Shown here: in pieces, positions 17,441 to 27,363 of the stretch | How positions within the stretch are numbered: position 1 is the stretch's first letter | Layout of the letters: every line of letters begins with the position of its first letter | Origin: Dehalococcoidia bacterium | GTDB lineage: Bacteria > Chloroflexota > Dehalococcoidia > Lucifugimonadales > QGNO01 | Direction: 5' to 3' | Length of the DNA stretch: 64,000 bases | Assembly (NCBI GenBank): GCA_965261825.1 | Contig: OZ253484.1 | Location: 65,184-129,183, forward strand | Program-made: the position numbers and the translations under genes | The notes under the pieces: generated by a model | What the model saw: the letters and a program-made list of their open reading frames with translations, nothing else | What the model was told of the DNA's origin: nothing | The model's database searches: none

Positions 17441-18841
17441 TCATGGCGGGCTGGCCTGCCCGAAGGTATCTTCTCCCCAGCATTCGATGCTGCCGTCCGG
17501 TCGCAGTCCACAGCCATGATTCCTGCTCACGCTGAATGCCTCGAATGGGCCGGGCGGCGGCCAACCATCAGGCGAGCCAGAACCCCAGCACCCTGTGGAG
17601 CCTTCGTACCACAACGCGCACGAAAAGCGCTGGCCGCTGTCTATGATCTTGCGGCTGCCGTCCGGCACGCTGTCCGGGTCCCCTCCCCACGCTCTGTAGG
17701 CTTCGTTTACCCTCTCATCCGTCCAGCATCGGCTGGTGCCGTCGGCTTGCGGCTCGCAGATCTGGATCTCCCCATCCGGGCCCCCGACGATACTTCCCCA
17801 GCACCTTATTTCCCCATCGGGCCTGAACCCGCAGGTATGGTAGCCACCGGCGCTGATCACCTCGAACGGGCCGTCTGGCGGCGTCGCCTGGCCTAGAAAA
17901 TCGCCGTCGAACCCTGAATTGCTGCCCCAGCAGACGACGGTCTGGTCGATACGGATTCCGCAGGCATGGAATCCACCCGCGCTGACGGAGGTGTATTTCC
18001 CATCCGGCGGGGTCGGCGCGCCCGCAACGACGGCCAGGCCCCAGCACTCCGCGCTGTTGTCGATCCTCACCCCGCAGGAGAAATGGAACCCCGCGCTTAC
18101 CGATATGAACCGGCCTTCAGGGGGTGCCAACATAGCCTCCATCATGGCCTTTGCCTCAGGAGGCGAATCATCCTGAAAGAGATCCTCAACGAGCATACCG
18201 CCCCAACACTCCACCGTTCCGTCCCGGCGCAGAGCGCAGGAGTGGAGGTCTCCGGCACTGATCTGGGAGAAGGTCCCGGGAGGCGAGTCGATCAGCCCGG
18301 TGGCCTCCGTGAGGCGGTCGTCCTCCCCGCTCGCGCCCCAGCAGACGATGCTCCCGTCCGCCCGCAGCCCGCAGCTGTGGAACAGGCCGACGGAGACCTG
18401 GACGAACGGACTGTTGGGGTCACCGGCCGGTCTGATTTCCGTCGTGACTCCGGTCTGGCTTCCGGTTGCTAGGAGCGGCGTTGCTTTCGCGGTTTCCTGG
18501 GAAGGGGCTGGCATCAGGACAGCAGGAGGTTCCCCATCTGCATCCGGTGCTGTTGGCAAGGGAGTAGCGTGCTCCACTGCTTGAAGAGGAGGCGTTTGGA
18601 GCGGTTCTGCCCCCCGCGTGGGTATTGACCCCGAGGACAATTCCCTGGGTTCGGCTGCTGGCCCGCAGGCCGCAAATACCACAGCCAACATGGCCCCGGC
18701 TGCCAGCAGGGTTCTCAGGAGTTGCTGACGTCGGTTGGCTGGGTGGCGACTGTGCTGTCTTTGCAAAACTGAGCTTCCTAGAGGAGAGTTCCTGCAGCTG
18801 GAAGTTTCATTGAAGATATATAACCTTTGCCAACTGGTCAA
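17441..18841 (-). CDS. secreted RCC1-repeat (beta-propeller) protein
   Basis: Seven repeats of the xHxCGLRxDGxxxCWG type (GLFHSCGLRADGSIVCWG, DLHSCALRRDGTVECWG and others). N-terminal lipobox-like AVVFAAC. Start uncertain. Confidence 0.8.
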   Translation of the reverse strand: MTSWQRLYIFNETSSCRNSPLGSSVLQRQHSRHPANRRQQLLRTLLAAGAMLAVVFAACGPAAEPRELSSGSIPTRGAEPLQTPPLQAVEHATPLPTAPDADGEPPAVLMPAPSQETAKATPLLATGSQTGVTTEIRPAGDPNSPFVQVSVGLFHSCGLRADGSIVCWGASGEDDRLTEATGLIDSPPGTFSQISAGDLHSCALRRDGTVECWGGMLVEDLFQDDSPPEAKAMMEAMLAPPEGRFISVSAGFHFSCGVRIDNSAECWGLAVVAGAPTPPDGKYTSVSAGGFHACGIRIDQTVVCWGSNSGFDGDFLGQATPPDGPFEVISAGGYHTCGFRPDGEIRCWGSIVGGPDGEIQICEPQADGTSRCWTDERVNEAYRAWGGDPDSVPDGSRKIIDSGQRFSCALWYEGSTGCWGSGSPDGWPPPGPFEAFSVSRNHGCGLRPDGSIECWGEDTFGQASPP

Positions 18842-18900
18842 GGGAGTTCAGGGCTGGTCTGGCGGTCTGAACGCAGCCCTTTGAGCCGTCGCCGTGCGGG

Positions 18901-19313
18901 TTGATCGGGACGGCCCTGGGCCTTGCTATCGGTATCGGCATTTTAATCATTGACACGCTGCTCCCCTGGGAACAGGTATGCGCCGTGCTACCGCCCGCGC
19001 AAAAGGTGGTCGAGATTGGCGGCCCGCTGTTGACAGACCTTCAGGCTTGGCTGGCCAAAGCAGAAGAATTTCTGAGCACCGGAGCGTCGGAGCAGGCTGC
19101 GATTGAGGTTAAGAGCGACTTCGGTGGCCTAGACAGGGCCTAGACAGGGCCGAGGAGATCACCGGAGACGTAGTCGAGTCCGTAATCTCATTTGTGACGG
19201 CACCGCTACGCACACTCATTGACCTGGCACAGAACTTGATAAGCAATATACAGTCGGCTGTGGCCGCATCAGAGGACATCATCGCCAGCATAGACGCAAC
19301 CAAGTGCGAATAG
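18901..19313 (+). pseudogene. hypothetical membrane protein interrupted by an 11-bp tandem duplication
   Basis: The ORF 18901..19143 ends at a TAG created by the duplicated CTAGACAGGGC (19129-19139 and 19140-19150). Removing one copy extends the frame to TAG 19311-19313. Confidence 0.3.
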
Positions 19314-19804
19314 AGGTATATTCCCCATATGGTGTTTGGCAATCTCGTCTCCGTCGGGGAGGCCGCCACTACAGCACTCGTCCTTCATCCCCTGTTCAGC
19401 CCGCTTAAACTCCCAGCTTCGGACGGCGACCACGCTAACTCTGCACGCATGCTCGTCGATCACGGGGTCTTCTGGAGCGTGGGCCCAAGACGGCTCACAC
19501 TTACCAAACGCTCGGGCGCAGCTCAACCGGCAGTCCGTTAGGGACCCGTAAGTCCACCCAACTGGACAAAATCAAGAACCTTCACGCTGAGGTTCATTCT
19601 GGATCTGCAATCAGACACCGGATCACCCATCAGGTGCAGCCGACCCACGCTTTACCAATCCACTTTGCATGAGCGACCGTACTAAATTGTTATAAGGTCG
19701 ATACTCTTTCCGGAGACAACGGCCTTTCTTTGGGGTACAAGTATGGGGGTGCGGCGGACATGACAAGCTTAAGGCATATACTCAGAGCCAGCGTTGACGG
19801 CTAG

Positions 19805-20230
19805 TTGGAGGCGGCAATGAGTTTCCTAAGCTTCAGCGGGCGTTACCCGACCATAGCAACAGGGGAAGCGATGTTGAGATCGATCGTAATTTGGCTGGTT
19901 GCCGCTCCCGTACTTGTTGCCATGCTTCTGGCCGGGTGTTCCGATGAGTCCCCTACCGCCTCTGACCGTGCTGCGCTGGTTGCTCTGTACCACGCTACGA
20001 ATGGCCCAAACTGGGCCAATAACAGCAACTGGCTGAGTGACAGACCTCTCAACGAATGGCACGGTGTCAGCACCGACGGCGAAGGGCGTGTGACCGGGCT
20101 GGCTCTCGAACGCAACGAGTTGCTCGGGGCGATACCTGCGGAACTGGGCAGCCTCTCCAAACAGCAGGCTAGACTCCGGGTGCTGTTGATTACGTCGTAC
20201 CAGCCCTTATGGTTCCCGGGCGTGTGGTAA
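19805..20230 (+). pseudogene. orphan N-terminal fragment of an LRR lipoprotein
   Basis: Lipobox MLLAGC, LRR N-cap DRAALVALYHATNGPNWANNSNWLSDRPLNEWHGVSTDGEGRVTGLAL and one LRR (NELLGAIPAELGSL). Similarity is then lost. Confidence 0.5.
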
Positions 20231-20599
20231 GTGCTTCCAGCAACCCGGATACTCGCTGTGTAGACCCTGAAATTGTACCGTGTAGGTCTGGGAGTTCAGC
20301 ACGAAGGTGTTGTCGCTCATCGCCTGGGCGCAGCCTGTTGCTCCATCCGAATAGCTGCACCCGACGCCGTGTACGTAGAAGGGGTCTGTAAAGAGCACCC
20401 TGTTTGGGACGATGGTCTTGGCGTTGAGTGTCGAGTTCCACAGCGTTGCGGCTTCCGCTTGATTGGCGGGGACGATGAACAAAGTCCCGAGGAGCGCAAA
20501 GGCCAGCGCCAAAAGTGCAATGCGGCGCGACCTCCTCCGCCTGTATCGATCTGTCCCCGCGCACAACACTGGCAACTGGCCACAACGCGGACTGCCCAC
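20207..20599 (-). CDS. hypothetical secreted protein
   Basis: 130-aa ORF with Arg-rich n-region plus hydrophobic core and AEA cleavage-like site (RRRRSRRIALLALAFALLGTLFIVPANQAEA). No known domain. Confidence 0.4.
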   Translation of the reverse strand: MGSPRCGQLPVLCAGTDRYRRRRSRRIALLALAFALLGTLFIVPANQAEAATLWNSTLNAKTIVPNRVLFTDPFYVHGVGCSYSDGATGCAQAMSDNTFVLNSQTYTVQFQGLHSEYPGCWKHLPHAREP

Positions 20600-20640
20600 G
20601 CGTCTCCTCTCTGGTCCCCTTGGTTGTTCCTTAGGGCGGG

Positions 20641-21048
20641 CTACCGCCGCCGTCTGAGGAAATACGCTATGACGACTATGGCCAAGAACGCCCCGGCGCC
20701 TACCAAGGCGAGCAGCGCTATTGGCGGACCTTCCTCTTCCTCAGGCATTTCCGTTGGCGCCACCGGTGTGGCCGTCGGTGTCGGCGTGGGGATATGTGTA
20801 GTCGTTGGGACGGGCGTGGCCGTAGGCTCCGGCGTTGGAGTGGCGGTGGGTTCTGGGGTGGCCGTCGGGACCGGCGTAGGGGCCGGCCCAATCCGCAGGC
20901 TGGTGTCGCCGCCGACCTGCTCCTCCACCTTGCCTTGGTCCCGCACGAGACCGGAGAAGCTGTAGGACCCCTCGGCCTCAGGCGCCTCTATGGTGTAGGT
21001 GAACCGCTCATCCCTCAGCAGTGTGAACTTGACCGTGTCAACCTCCAC
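20641..21048 (-). CDS. C-terminal segment of the large surface protein (Pro/Thr linker + TM anchor)
   Basis: FTYTIEAPEAEGSYSFSGLV domain end, PTPVPTATPEPTATPTPEPT linker, TM ALLALVGAGAFLAIVVIAYF, RRRR tail. Similarity continues upstream in another frame. Confidence 0.6.
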   Translation of the reverse strand: MEVDTVKFTLLRDERFTYTIEAPEAEGSYSFSGLVRDQGKVEEQVGGDTSLRIGPAPTPVPTATPEPTATPTPEPTATPVPTTTHIPTPTPTATPVAPTEMPEEEEGPPIALLALVGAGAFLAIVVIAYFLRRRR

Positions 21049-21148
21049 GTTTACGGCGGAGGCGGGAGACTAGACTCTACGAAGCGGAATCCCGCCGGCA
21101 ATGTCTCCACCACCTGGCTAAAGGCGCCGTACTCCTGGGCCGTTATGG

Positions 21149-23281
21149 TCACCTGCAGCCGGCCACCCGCGGCGACGCAAAAGCCCGCTCGGCGCTGTGC
21201 CCAGTTTGCCCGCCTGTGCTGGGTGCGGGGGACTGCAAATAGAGGACGACGATACCCATCGCCTCTCCCAGGGTGATAGTGTCCTCGAAGTAGGCGGTGA
21301 CCGCCGCGATGGCCTCGTCCCGGTCGATCGTCTCGTTGCGGTCCGCGTCGTAGTCGTTGCCTTTGCCCGGCAGTTCCACGTTGGTCACGCGGATGGTCAC
21401 GGTGACGGCGGCGTCCACGGCCGCGTCGGGCTCGCCGTTGAAGTCCCTGCTGTCGCGGACCGAGACGGTGATCGAGTAGGCGGCCTGGGCCTCGTAGTCC
21501 AGGGGAGAGTTGCTCCGCAGCTGGCCGGAGGACACGTCGATCGTGAAGAACTCGGCGTCGGTGCCGCTCAAGGAGTAGGTCAGCGGGTCGCCGTCGGGGT
21601 CCGTGGCGGTGACCGGGTCGCCGATGTTGACGCCCGCGGCAGTGTCCTCGGACACGGATCGGGTGGCGCTGTCTCCCTCGGTGAAGGCGGGTGCGCTGTT
21701 TCCTGACGGAGACGGAGGCGACGGCGACGGCGTCCTCCTCGCCGTGACCGTGATGGTCACATCTATAGAATCATCCAATGCAGGGGAGGGGGCGTACTGT
21801 TGGTCGAACCCATCGTGGACTTCCACCGTCACGGTGTACGTGTTCTGCCCCTGTGGATCGTGGAGGAGGACAGACTTCGTCTGCAGCTGGCCGGTTCTCG
21901 GGTCGATGTCGAAGGAGTCGGCGTCCGACCCGCTCAGCGAATAGATGAGCACGTCATCGCGGTCCGCGTCCCTCGCCCTCACGGCAGCGCCGATGGAGCG
22001 GCCTAGCGCTGTGCCCTGGCTAATGGAGCGGGTGTCCGTGGTATCCGCAAACTCCGGCGTCTCATTCGTTGTGGGCCTGTCGGCTGCGTCGGCGATACGC
22101 GCGGTCAGCACGGCCTCAGCTGTCTTGCCGCTGCCCCGGTTGTCCGTGTACTCGGTACTGATCCGCAGGTAGTTGCCGACGTCATCGGCGGTCGCGGTGT
22201 AGGCGCTCGACGTTTCGCCGCTGATGTCCGTCCAGCTCGATCGGTTGGTGGACCGTGCCCATTGCCAGGTCTGGTCCACCAAGCTGCCGTCGCCGTCGGT
22301 CAGGCCGGCGCTGAATTGGGTGCCGGTCCAGCCCCGCGGCGGGGTGATTGTGACGGCGCCCTCTTCCTCCACGTCCGTCACGTCGAACGTTCCGGTCAGG
22401 TCGCCTTCGTCCGTGGCGACGACGGTCACCTCGTAGGTGTCCTTGCCGCCCTCGAAGCTGGGCGGCGACGCGAAGTGCAGGCGACCTTGCGTGGTCATCA
22501 CAAAGTCATTGCCGTCAGTCCCCGATACGGACCAGGTGAGCTTGTTCCGCTCCGGGTCTCTGCCGGTGTAGGTCGCGATTGCCCTGCTGCCGTTCTCCGT
22601 GTAGGTCGCCGTGGCATCGCCCGACACCGTCGGCGCCTCGTTCAGGTCTGTCACGTTGATGGAGACGTTAATCGTGTCGTCAATGACGTCGTTGTCATCG
22701 TCGCCGTTCCGGTCCCTGCCGTCGGTGACCTCCACCGTGACGCGGTAGGACCGCTTGCCCTCGTAGTCCAGGTCCACATTTTGCGCCAGCGCAAGCTGCC
22801 CGCTGCTTGCATCTATGGTGAAGGAACCGGCGTCCGTCCCGGTCAGCGAATACATGAGGGGGTCGTTCACCGCAGCGTCGCCGACGTTCAGATCGGTGGC
22901 GACAACGGGGTCGCCGATGTCATCGCCGCCGCTGGCGTCTTCCGCAACCTCGCGCCGGCCGTTCTCCGTCGACGGGAAAGCGGGCGGCGAGTTCACCGGC
23001 GGCGGCTCTTCAACGCTACGCGGCGACACCCCATGGGCGGTCTTGACTGTCACCGAGTTCGGTTCGGTCAGCGAGTATGTCGCCGCCCCGAACTCCACTT
23101 TCACCTCCGGGTCGTCGTCGTCGTCGTCGATGCTGACCTTCGTCGACGACGTGCTGCCCGCGCTTACTCCCGGTGGGAACGTTCCGAAGGCCAGCTTGAT
23201 CTTCTCGTCGTCGTCGTCAATGTCGTCGTCCGTAGGGGTGAAGGAGATGGTCTTGGACGTGTCCCCGCTAGCGAAGGTCAC
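21149..23281 (-). CDS. cadherin-like repeat segment of the large surface protein
   Basis: 710-aa ORF with about 6 repeats of the NxAPxF...Y(S/T)L(S/T)G(T/S)DAxxF(T/D)ID...G(Q)L type and DxNDxxP linkers. Dockerin/EF-hand-like DYDADRNETIDRDEAI near the end. Confidence 0.75.
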   Translation of the reverse strand: MTFASGDTSKTISFTPTDDDIDDDDEKIKLAFGTFPPGVSAGSTSSTKVSIDDDDDDPEVKVEFGAATYSLTEPNSVTVKTAHGVSPRSVEEPPPVNSPPAFPSTENGRREVAEDASGGDDIGDPVVATDLNVGDAAVNDPLMYSLTGTDAGSFTIDASSGQLALAQNVDLDYEGKRSYRVTVEVTDGRDRNGDDDNDVIDDTINVSINVTDLNEAPTVSGDATATYTENGSRAIATYTGRDPERNKLTWSVSGTDGNDFVMTTQGRLHFASPPSFEGGKDTYEVTVVATDEGDLTGTFDVTDVEEEGAVTITPPRGWTGTQFSAGLTDGDGSLVDQTWQWARSTNRSSWTDISGETSSAYTATADDVGNYLRISTEYTDNRGSGKTAEAVLTARIADAADRPTTNETPEFADTTDTRSISQGTALGRSIGAAVRARDADRDDVLIYSLSGSDADSFDIDPRTGQLQTKSVLLHDPQGQNTYTVTVEVHDGFDQQYAPSPALDDSIDVTITVTARRTPSPSPPSPSGNSAPAFTEGDSATRSVSEDTAAGVNIGDPVTATDPDGDPLTYSLSGTDAEFFTIDVSSGQLRSNSPLDYEAQAAYSITVSVRDSRDFNGEPDAAVDAAVTVTIRVTNVELPGKGNDYDADRNETIDRDEAIAAVTAYFEDTITLGEAMGIVVLYLQSPAPSTGGQTGHSAERAFASPRVAGCR

Positions 23282-24929
23282 GCTGTCGGGAACGCTGAAG
23301 TCCGCTGAGGTGCCCCCGCTCTCGCCGGTGCCGGCTATGGGTTATGGTCACCGACCGCTGGGGGTCTGCGCTCAGCGTCACCGTCACGTCCACCGAGTCT
23401 CCCTCGTCCGCCGAGTAGGTGGCCGCGCCGAATGTGACCGTCACCGCCGGGTCGTCATCGATGATGGTGACAGTGGTCGTGCGGTTGGTGGATGCCAGGG
23501 TCACGCCCTGGGGCAGGTCCGACCCAAAGGCCAGCCGGACTCTCTCCCCGTGGTCGGCGACGGTGTCCTCGGTAACGCTGAAGGAGAAGGTCTGCGTCGT
23601 GTCCCCGCTGTTGAAGGTCACGCTGGTGGGGTCCGTGTAGTCATCCGTGGACGTGGCGCCTCCCTGGCCGGTGGCGGTTACGGGTATGGTCACCGACCGC
23701 TGCGGGTCCGCGCTCAGCGTCAGCGTCACGTCCACCGAGTTGCCCTCGGTGACGGAGTAGGTTGTTGAGTCAAATTCGACGGTAACCGCCGGATCGTCAT
23801 CGATGAAGGTCACCGTGATCTCACCGTTGGAGCCGGCGCTCACCCCCGGCGGCAGGTCCGACCCGATAGCTAGCTTGACGCCCTCTCCCCGTTCGACGAG
23901 AGTGTCTTGGTAGATGTCAAATGTGATGTTCTTGGACGTGTCTGTGGCGCTGAAGGTCAAACTGTAGGATGCAGCAGCGTTGTGGTCTCCCCGAGTGCCG
24001 CCGCCCTGGCCAGTGACGGTTATTGGAATGGTTACCGGGCGCATCGGGGCTTCGCTCAGATTCACGGTCACGTTCCCACGCCCACCCTCGGCAACCTCGG
24101 ACGTGGCCACGGAAAAGCTGACGGTGACCGCCGGGTCGTCGTCGATGATGGTGACGGTGGTGGTGGTCGTGCCGCTCGCCGTTACGCCCGCCGGCAGGTC
24201 TCCGAACCCCAGCAGGACACTCTCGCCGTGGTCTTCGTCCGTGTCCTGTAGGGCGGCGAATCGGAATTCCGCTTCCGTCTCATCTTCGTGGATGTTCCCT
24301 GCTTCGCGGAATGTGTAATCCGCCGCCTCGGCCCCGCCCTGATGCGTCGTCGTAAAGGGAATGCGGACGCTGCGCTCCGGGTCCGCGCTCAGCTTTACAA
24401 CAATAGCTATACCGTCTTCTCCCTCGTCCACCGAATAGGTAGCGGCGCCGAAGCTGACCGTGACATTCGGGTCATCGTCGTCGGTGATCGAAACGGTGCT
24501 CTCCGCCGTGGTGCCCTCCGTTACGCCCGCCGGGAGCGTGCCGAAGCTGAGCTTCACCTTGTCCTCGTCATCGTCAGCAGTGTCCGCGGTCGCGGTGAAG
24601 GTAAACGTTTTCTCCGTGTCGCCGCTGGCGAAAGTGACGTTGGCCGGCACACCCGAATAGTCGCTGTTTGTTGCGCCGCCCTCGTTGGTCTTCGTGATCG
24701 GGATGACCACTTCACGCTCGGGATCCGCGCTCAGCGTGACTGTCACCTCGACCTTGTGCTCTTCCTCATCCATCGTCGTGTCATCGTCGGTTTCCGCGAC
24801 GGTGTACGTGCTCTGCTCGAATTCGACGGTGACCGCAACCGGGGTCTGCGCCTGCGCGGGCAGCGTAAGGGTCAGGACGTACAGGAGGGCTAGCCCCAAC
24901 CCAAAGGACAATAGTGTGGAACGGACCAA
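23268..24929 (-). CDS. Calx-beta repeat segment of the large surface protein (with signal peptide)
   Basis: Signal peptide LALLYVLTLTLPAQAQ, then 5-6 Calx-beta-like units (VTVSFGAATYSVDEGE...V.LSADPERSV.IP). The last unit breaks frame near 23335 and continues in the 21149..23281 ORF. Confidence 0.75.
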   Translation of the reverse strand: MVRSTLLSFGLGLALLYVLTLTLPAQAQTPVAVTVEFEQSTYTVAETDDDTTMDEEEHKVEVTVTLSADPEREVVIPITKTNEGGATNSDYSGVPANVTFASGDTEKTFTFTATADTADDDEDKVKLSFGTLPAGVTEGTTAESTVSITDDDDPNVTVSFGAATYSVDEGEDGIAIVVKLSADPERSVRIPFTTTHQGGAEAADYTFREAGNIHEDETEAEFRFAALQDTDEDHGESVLLGFGDLPAGVTASGTTTTTVTIIDDDPAVTVSFSVATSEVAEGGRGNVTVNLSEAPMRPVTIPITVTGQGGGTRGDHNAAASYSLTFSATDTSKNITFDIYQDTLVERGEGVKLAIGSDLPPGVSAGSNGEITVTFIDDDPAVTVEFDSTTYSVTEGNSVDVTLTLSADPQRSVTIPVTATGQGGATSTDDYTDPTSVTFNSGDTTQTFSFSVTEDTVADHGERVRLAFGSDLPQGVTLASTNRTTTVTIIDDDPAVTVTFGAATYSADEGDSVDVTVTLSADPQRSVTITHSRHRRERGHLSGLQRSRQRDLR

Positions 24930-25377
24930 CAGCGATGAGATTACTGAACCCCTCTATATCCTCGCTGAGTGCAGCCGCGTTGTTCATGGCTTATTCGTGA
25001 GCGCGTCTGTCGTATGGCGCATAACTGCGTTCTCCCCTATCGGCCAAAACACCTCAAGTCTCCTATACGCCTTCGGTTTTGCAAAGATGAATATGAGAAA
25101 ATGCGCCTTTCTCTTTTCCCCTGTTGTAGGACATCACTTTGCCTATTCAGGTTGGTACATTGTGCTCTCGTAGCAGTTGGGAGATTGATGTAAATTGTTA
25201 GTGGCAATAGCCACCAACGTTGCGCGGCTATAGGCGGATACATTAAGTGCGAGATGTGGCGGCGCATCCGAGTTCGTGAATTTGGACTGGGAGCCCGGAC
25301 TTTGCTGAGAGCAGGCACTGGAGCCATAAAGAAGCGGTTCGCACCATCGATCTGGGCCGACCCGGACGTGGTCCCGT

Positions 25378-26254
25378 ATGCCGCAAAGGTTTCGGGTGTG
25401 GGGGCGCTGGTTCGTCTTGCTCGTCACCATGTTCCAGTTCGCCTACCGGCCGGAGTTCTGGTATCCCGACAACGTCGAGTACACGCTCCTGCCGGCAGCG
25501 ATGTTGGCTCTCAATGGACTGGTCCACTACCGGCTCCTGACGAAAGGGCCGGTCACGTGGCGCTGGCTGCTCCTCCTCAGCGGCTTGGACTTTGCTTTGA
25601 TCACGGCCGGCATCGCCTTCAGGCCGGGGTCGCGTCGCCCCTCGGCCTCCAGTCCGCAATCTACGGATTTCTCTTCCTGGTCTACTACCCGGCCCTGGCC
25701 CTCCTGGCCGTGGTTTTCACGTCGCTGTGGTTCGGGTTGGCCTGGACGACGATGACCGCCGTCGTATATGCGCTCATATGCCTGACGGTGGGCCCCGGTC
25801 TCAACTTCGATGAGGACCACGAAAAGTTGCTGCTGGTCAGGGTGCGGCGATGTACGTCCTAGTGCTGTGGGTGAGCCTTATCGCCCGATTCGAACGCACC
25901 GGGAGGCAGGCTGCGGTGGAACGGGAGTGGCATCTGCAGCGGGAACGCATTGAGCTCTCCCAGGCGATTCACGACACGACCGCGCAGACCGCCTACATGA
26001 TTGGCATGGGGATTCACAGGGCCAGGGAGTTGGCCGGCGAGTCGAACGAGGAGTTGACGGCCGCTCTGGACGCGACCTCCGCGCTGTCGAGGTCGGCCAT
26101 GTGGGAGTTGAGGCGCCCCATAGACGCGGGGCACATCTTCGAAGGGAGGGAGCTGGGACGGCGCACCGAGAACCTGGCGCACCTGGGCAGCGGGGGCCTG
26201 GGACGGGCCTCCGGCGTGCTTGTGGGCCAGAACCTGGGAGAGGGTCCGCCATAG
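25378..26254 (+). pseudogene. sensor histidine kinase, N-terminal part (TM region + HisKA_3), frameshifted and truncated
   Basis: Three frames read through in series. The first two carry TM helices (WFVLLVTMFQFAY.., IYGFLFLVYYPALALLAVVF..). The third carries the H-box ERIELSQAIHDTTAQTAYMIGMGI and ELRRPIDAGHIFEGRELGR. No HATPase_c domain follows. Confidence 0.6.
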
Positions 26255-26693
26255 CAAGGCCCATTTAGCCACGGATACGGAGCCATGCAGTCACTAATCC
26301 CACATTCCATCCCACAGTCTTAACGGACTGTGTTTACCCTCGGAAAGATAAGAAGTTGACTCAGGTGGCCCTTAGTCCACTATAGCGGAAAAAGTGGATA
26401 GGGCGCAATTGGGTGATTGCAATGGGGAGTGATCTGTCTCACCAAGCCGCCTACTCCAAAGATGTAGTCAGATTTTCTTCCACTTCCTCCACCCCAGGCA
26501 CGAATTGAGTCGCAATGGTGGAAGCAGGGTGTTCGTCGGTGGAAGCAACAGAGGCGCGGGTGGAGGCAGAGACGGTACGACACGCCCAATGGACAACTAA
26601 GTCCCTCGAAATAGGTGGACTTAATTAGCACCAATCGGCTGTGGACCCCTCTAGTATTCCCTTAAACCCCAATAGCAAGGAGAGCGATCTCAG

Positions 26694-26849
26694 ATGGACG
26701 AGCCTCTAGAAGAACACCGAATCCTCCGCAGGAAGGAAGTCTCCCGACTGACCTGGCTAGGAAGGGCAACGATATACAAGAAGATAGCCGATGGCAGTTT
26801 CCCTCCACCCATCCGCTTGGGCACTCGCTCGGTAGGCTACAGGAAGTAA
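26694..26849 (+). CDS. AlpA/excisionase-like HTH protein (51 aa, below the ORF-track cutoff)
   Basis: AAGGAG RBS. MDEPLEEHRILRRKEVSRLTWLGRATIYKKIADGSFPPPIRLGTRSVGYRK resembles the AlpA pattern (LRxKEV..LTGLSRSTIYRxIxxGxFPxPxxLGxRxVxW). Confidence 0.55.
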   Translation: MDEPLEEHRILRRKEVSRLTWLGRATIYKKIADGSFPPPIRLGTRSVGYRK

Positions 26850-26859
26850 CGGCACACTG

Positions 26860-27216
26860 CTACCAACGAGAGTTTCTACCCCCGCCTCCGCCACCACTCC
26901 TTCCACCGCCGTACCCGCCACCACTCCTTCCACCGCCGTACCCGCCACCGCCGTACCCGCCACCACTCCGCTCCTGTCGAGGCCTGGCCTCATTGACCGT
27001 CGCCGGGCGCCCGCCGAATTCCTTGCCGTTGAGTGCGCTGATTGCAGCCTGGGCTTCTGCCATGGTCGGCATTTCAACAAAGCCGAACCCCTTAGGTCGG
27101 CCTGTGTCGCGATCCATCACCATGGAGACTTCCTGCACATGGCCATGAGCTTCAAAAGCCTGGCGTATTTCCTGTTCCTTGGTTTCAAACCCGAAGTTAC
27201 CCACGTAAATTCTCAA
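26860..27216 (-). CDS. RRM-type RNA-binding protein with Gly-rich tail
   Basis: RNP-2 IYVGNF, RNP-1 KGFGFVEM, C-terminal (GGYGGGRS)n. TTG start after GGAGAAGGAA. Confidence 0.85.
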   Translation of the reverse strand: MRIYVGNFGFETKEQEIRQAFEAHGHVQEVSMVMDRDTGRPKGFGFVEMPTMAEAQAAISALNGKEFGGRPATVNEARPRQERSGGGYGGGGYGGGRSGGGYGGGRSGGGGGGRNSRW

Positions 27217-27363
27217 TTCCTTCTCCTCTCCTGAATACTAACTGATTTGGTTGGCGGTAATTGACCGCCGACACTTGGTACGAAGAGGACAGCACTTGCC
27301 CGCTCCGTGGTTTGGACTGTCAACTTATCAGTTGGACCACATGGATGCCCTCTGTTTGCTGAA

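Noticed and set aside
19269-19560. Cys-rich minus-strand reading frame (..TDCRLSCARAFGKCEPSW..DECCSGG..), considered as a small secreted Cys-rich peptide.
   Set aside because: No start/RBS context or signal peptide was identified. It overlaps the reconstructed + strand ORF region and has no known motif.
26470-26640. Possible tyrosine-integrase C-terminal remnant next to the AlpA-like ORF (fragments such as ..HPRHEL.. and ..VAMVEAGCSSVEA..).
   Set aside because: It requires arbitrary frame hopping and lacks the RHxxxxxLxxxG...LGH...Y pattern. Not supportable by eye.
26870-26960. Short tandem DNA repeats (CCACCGCCGTACCCGCCACC...).
   Set aside because: They encode the (GGYGGGRS)n tail of the RRM protein on the minus strand. 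This is a normal low-complexity coding repeat.
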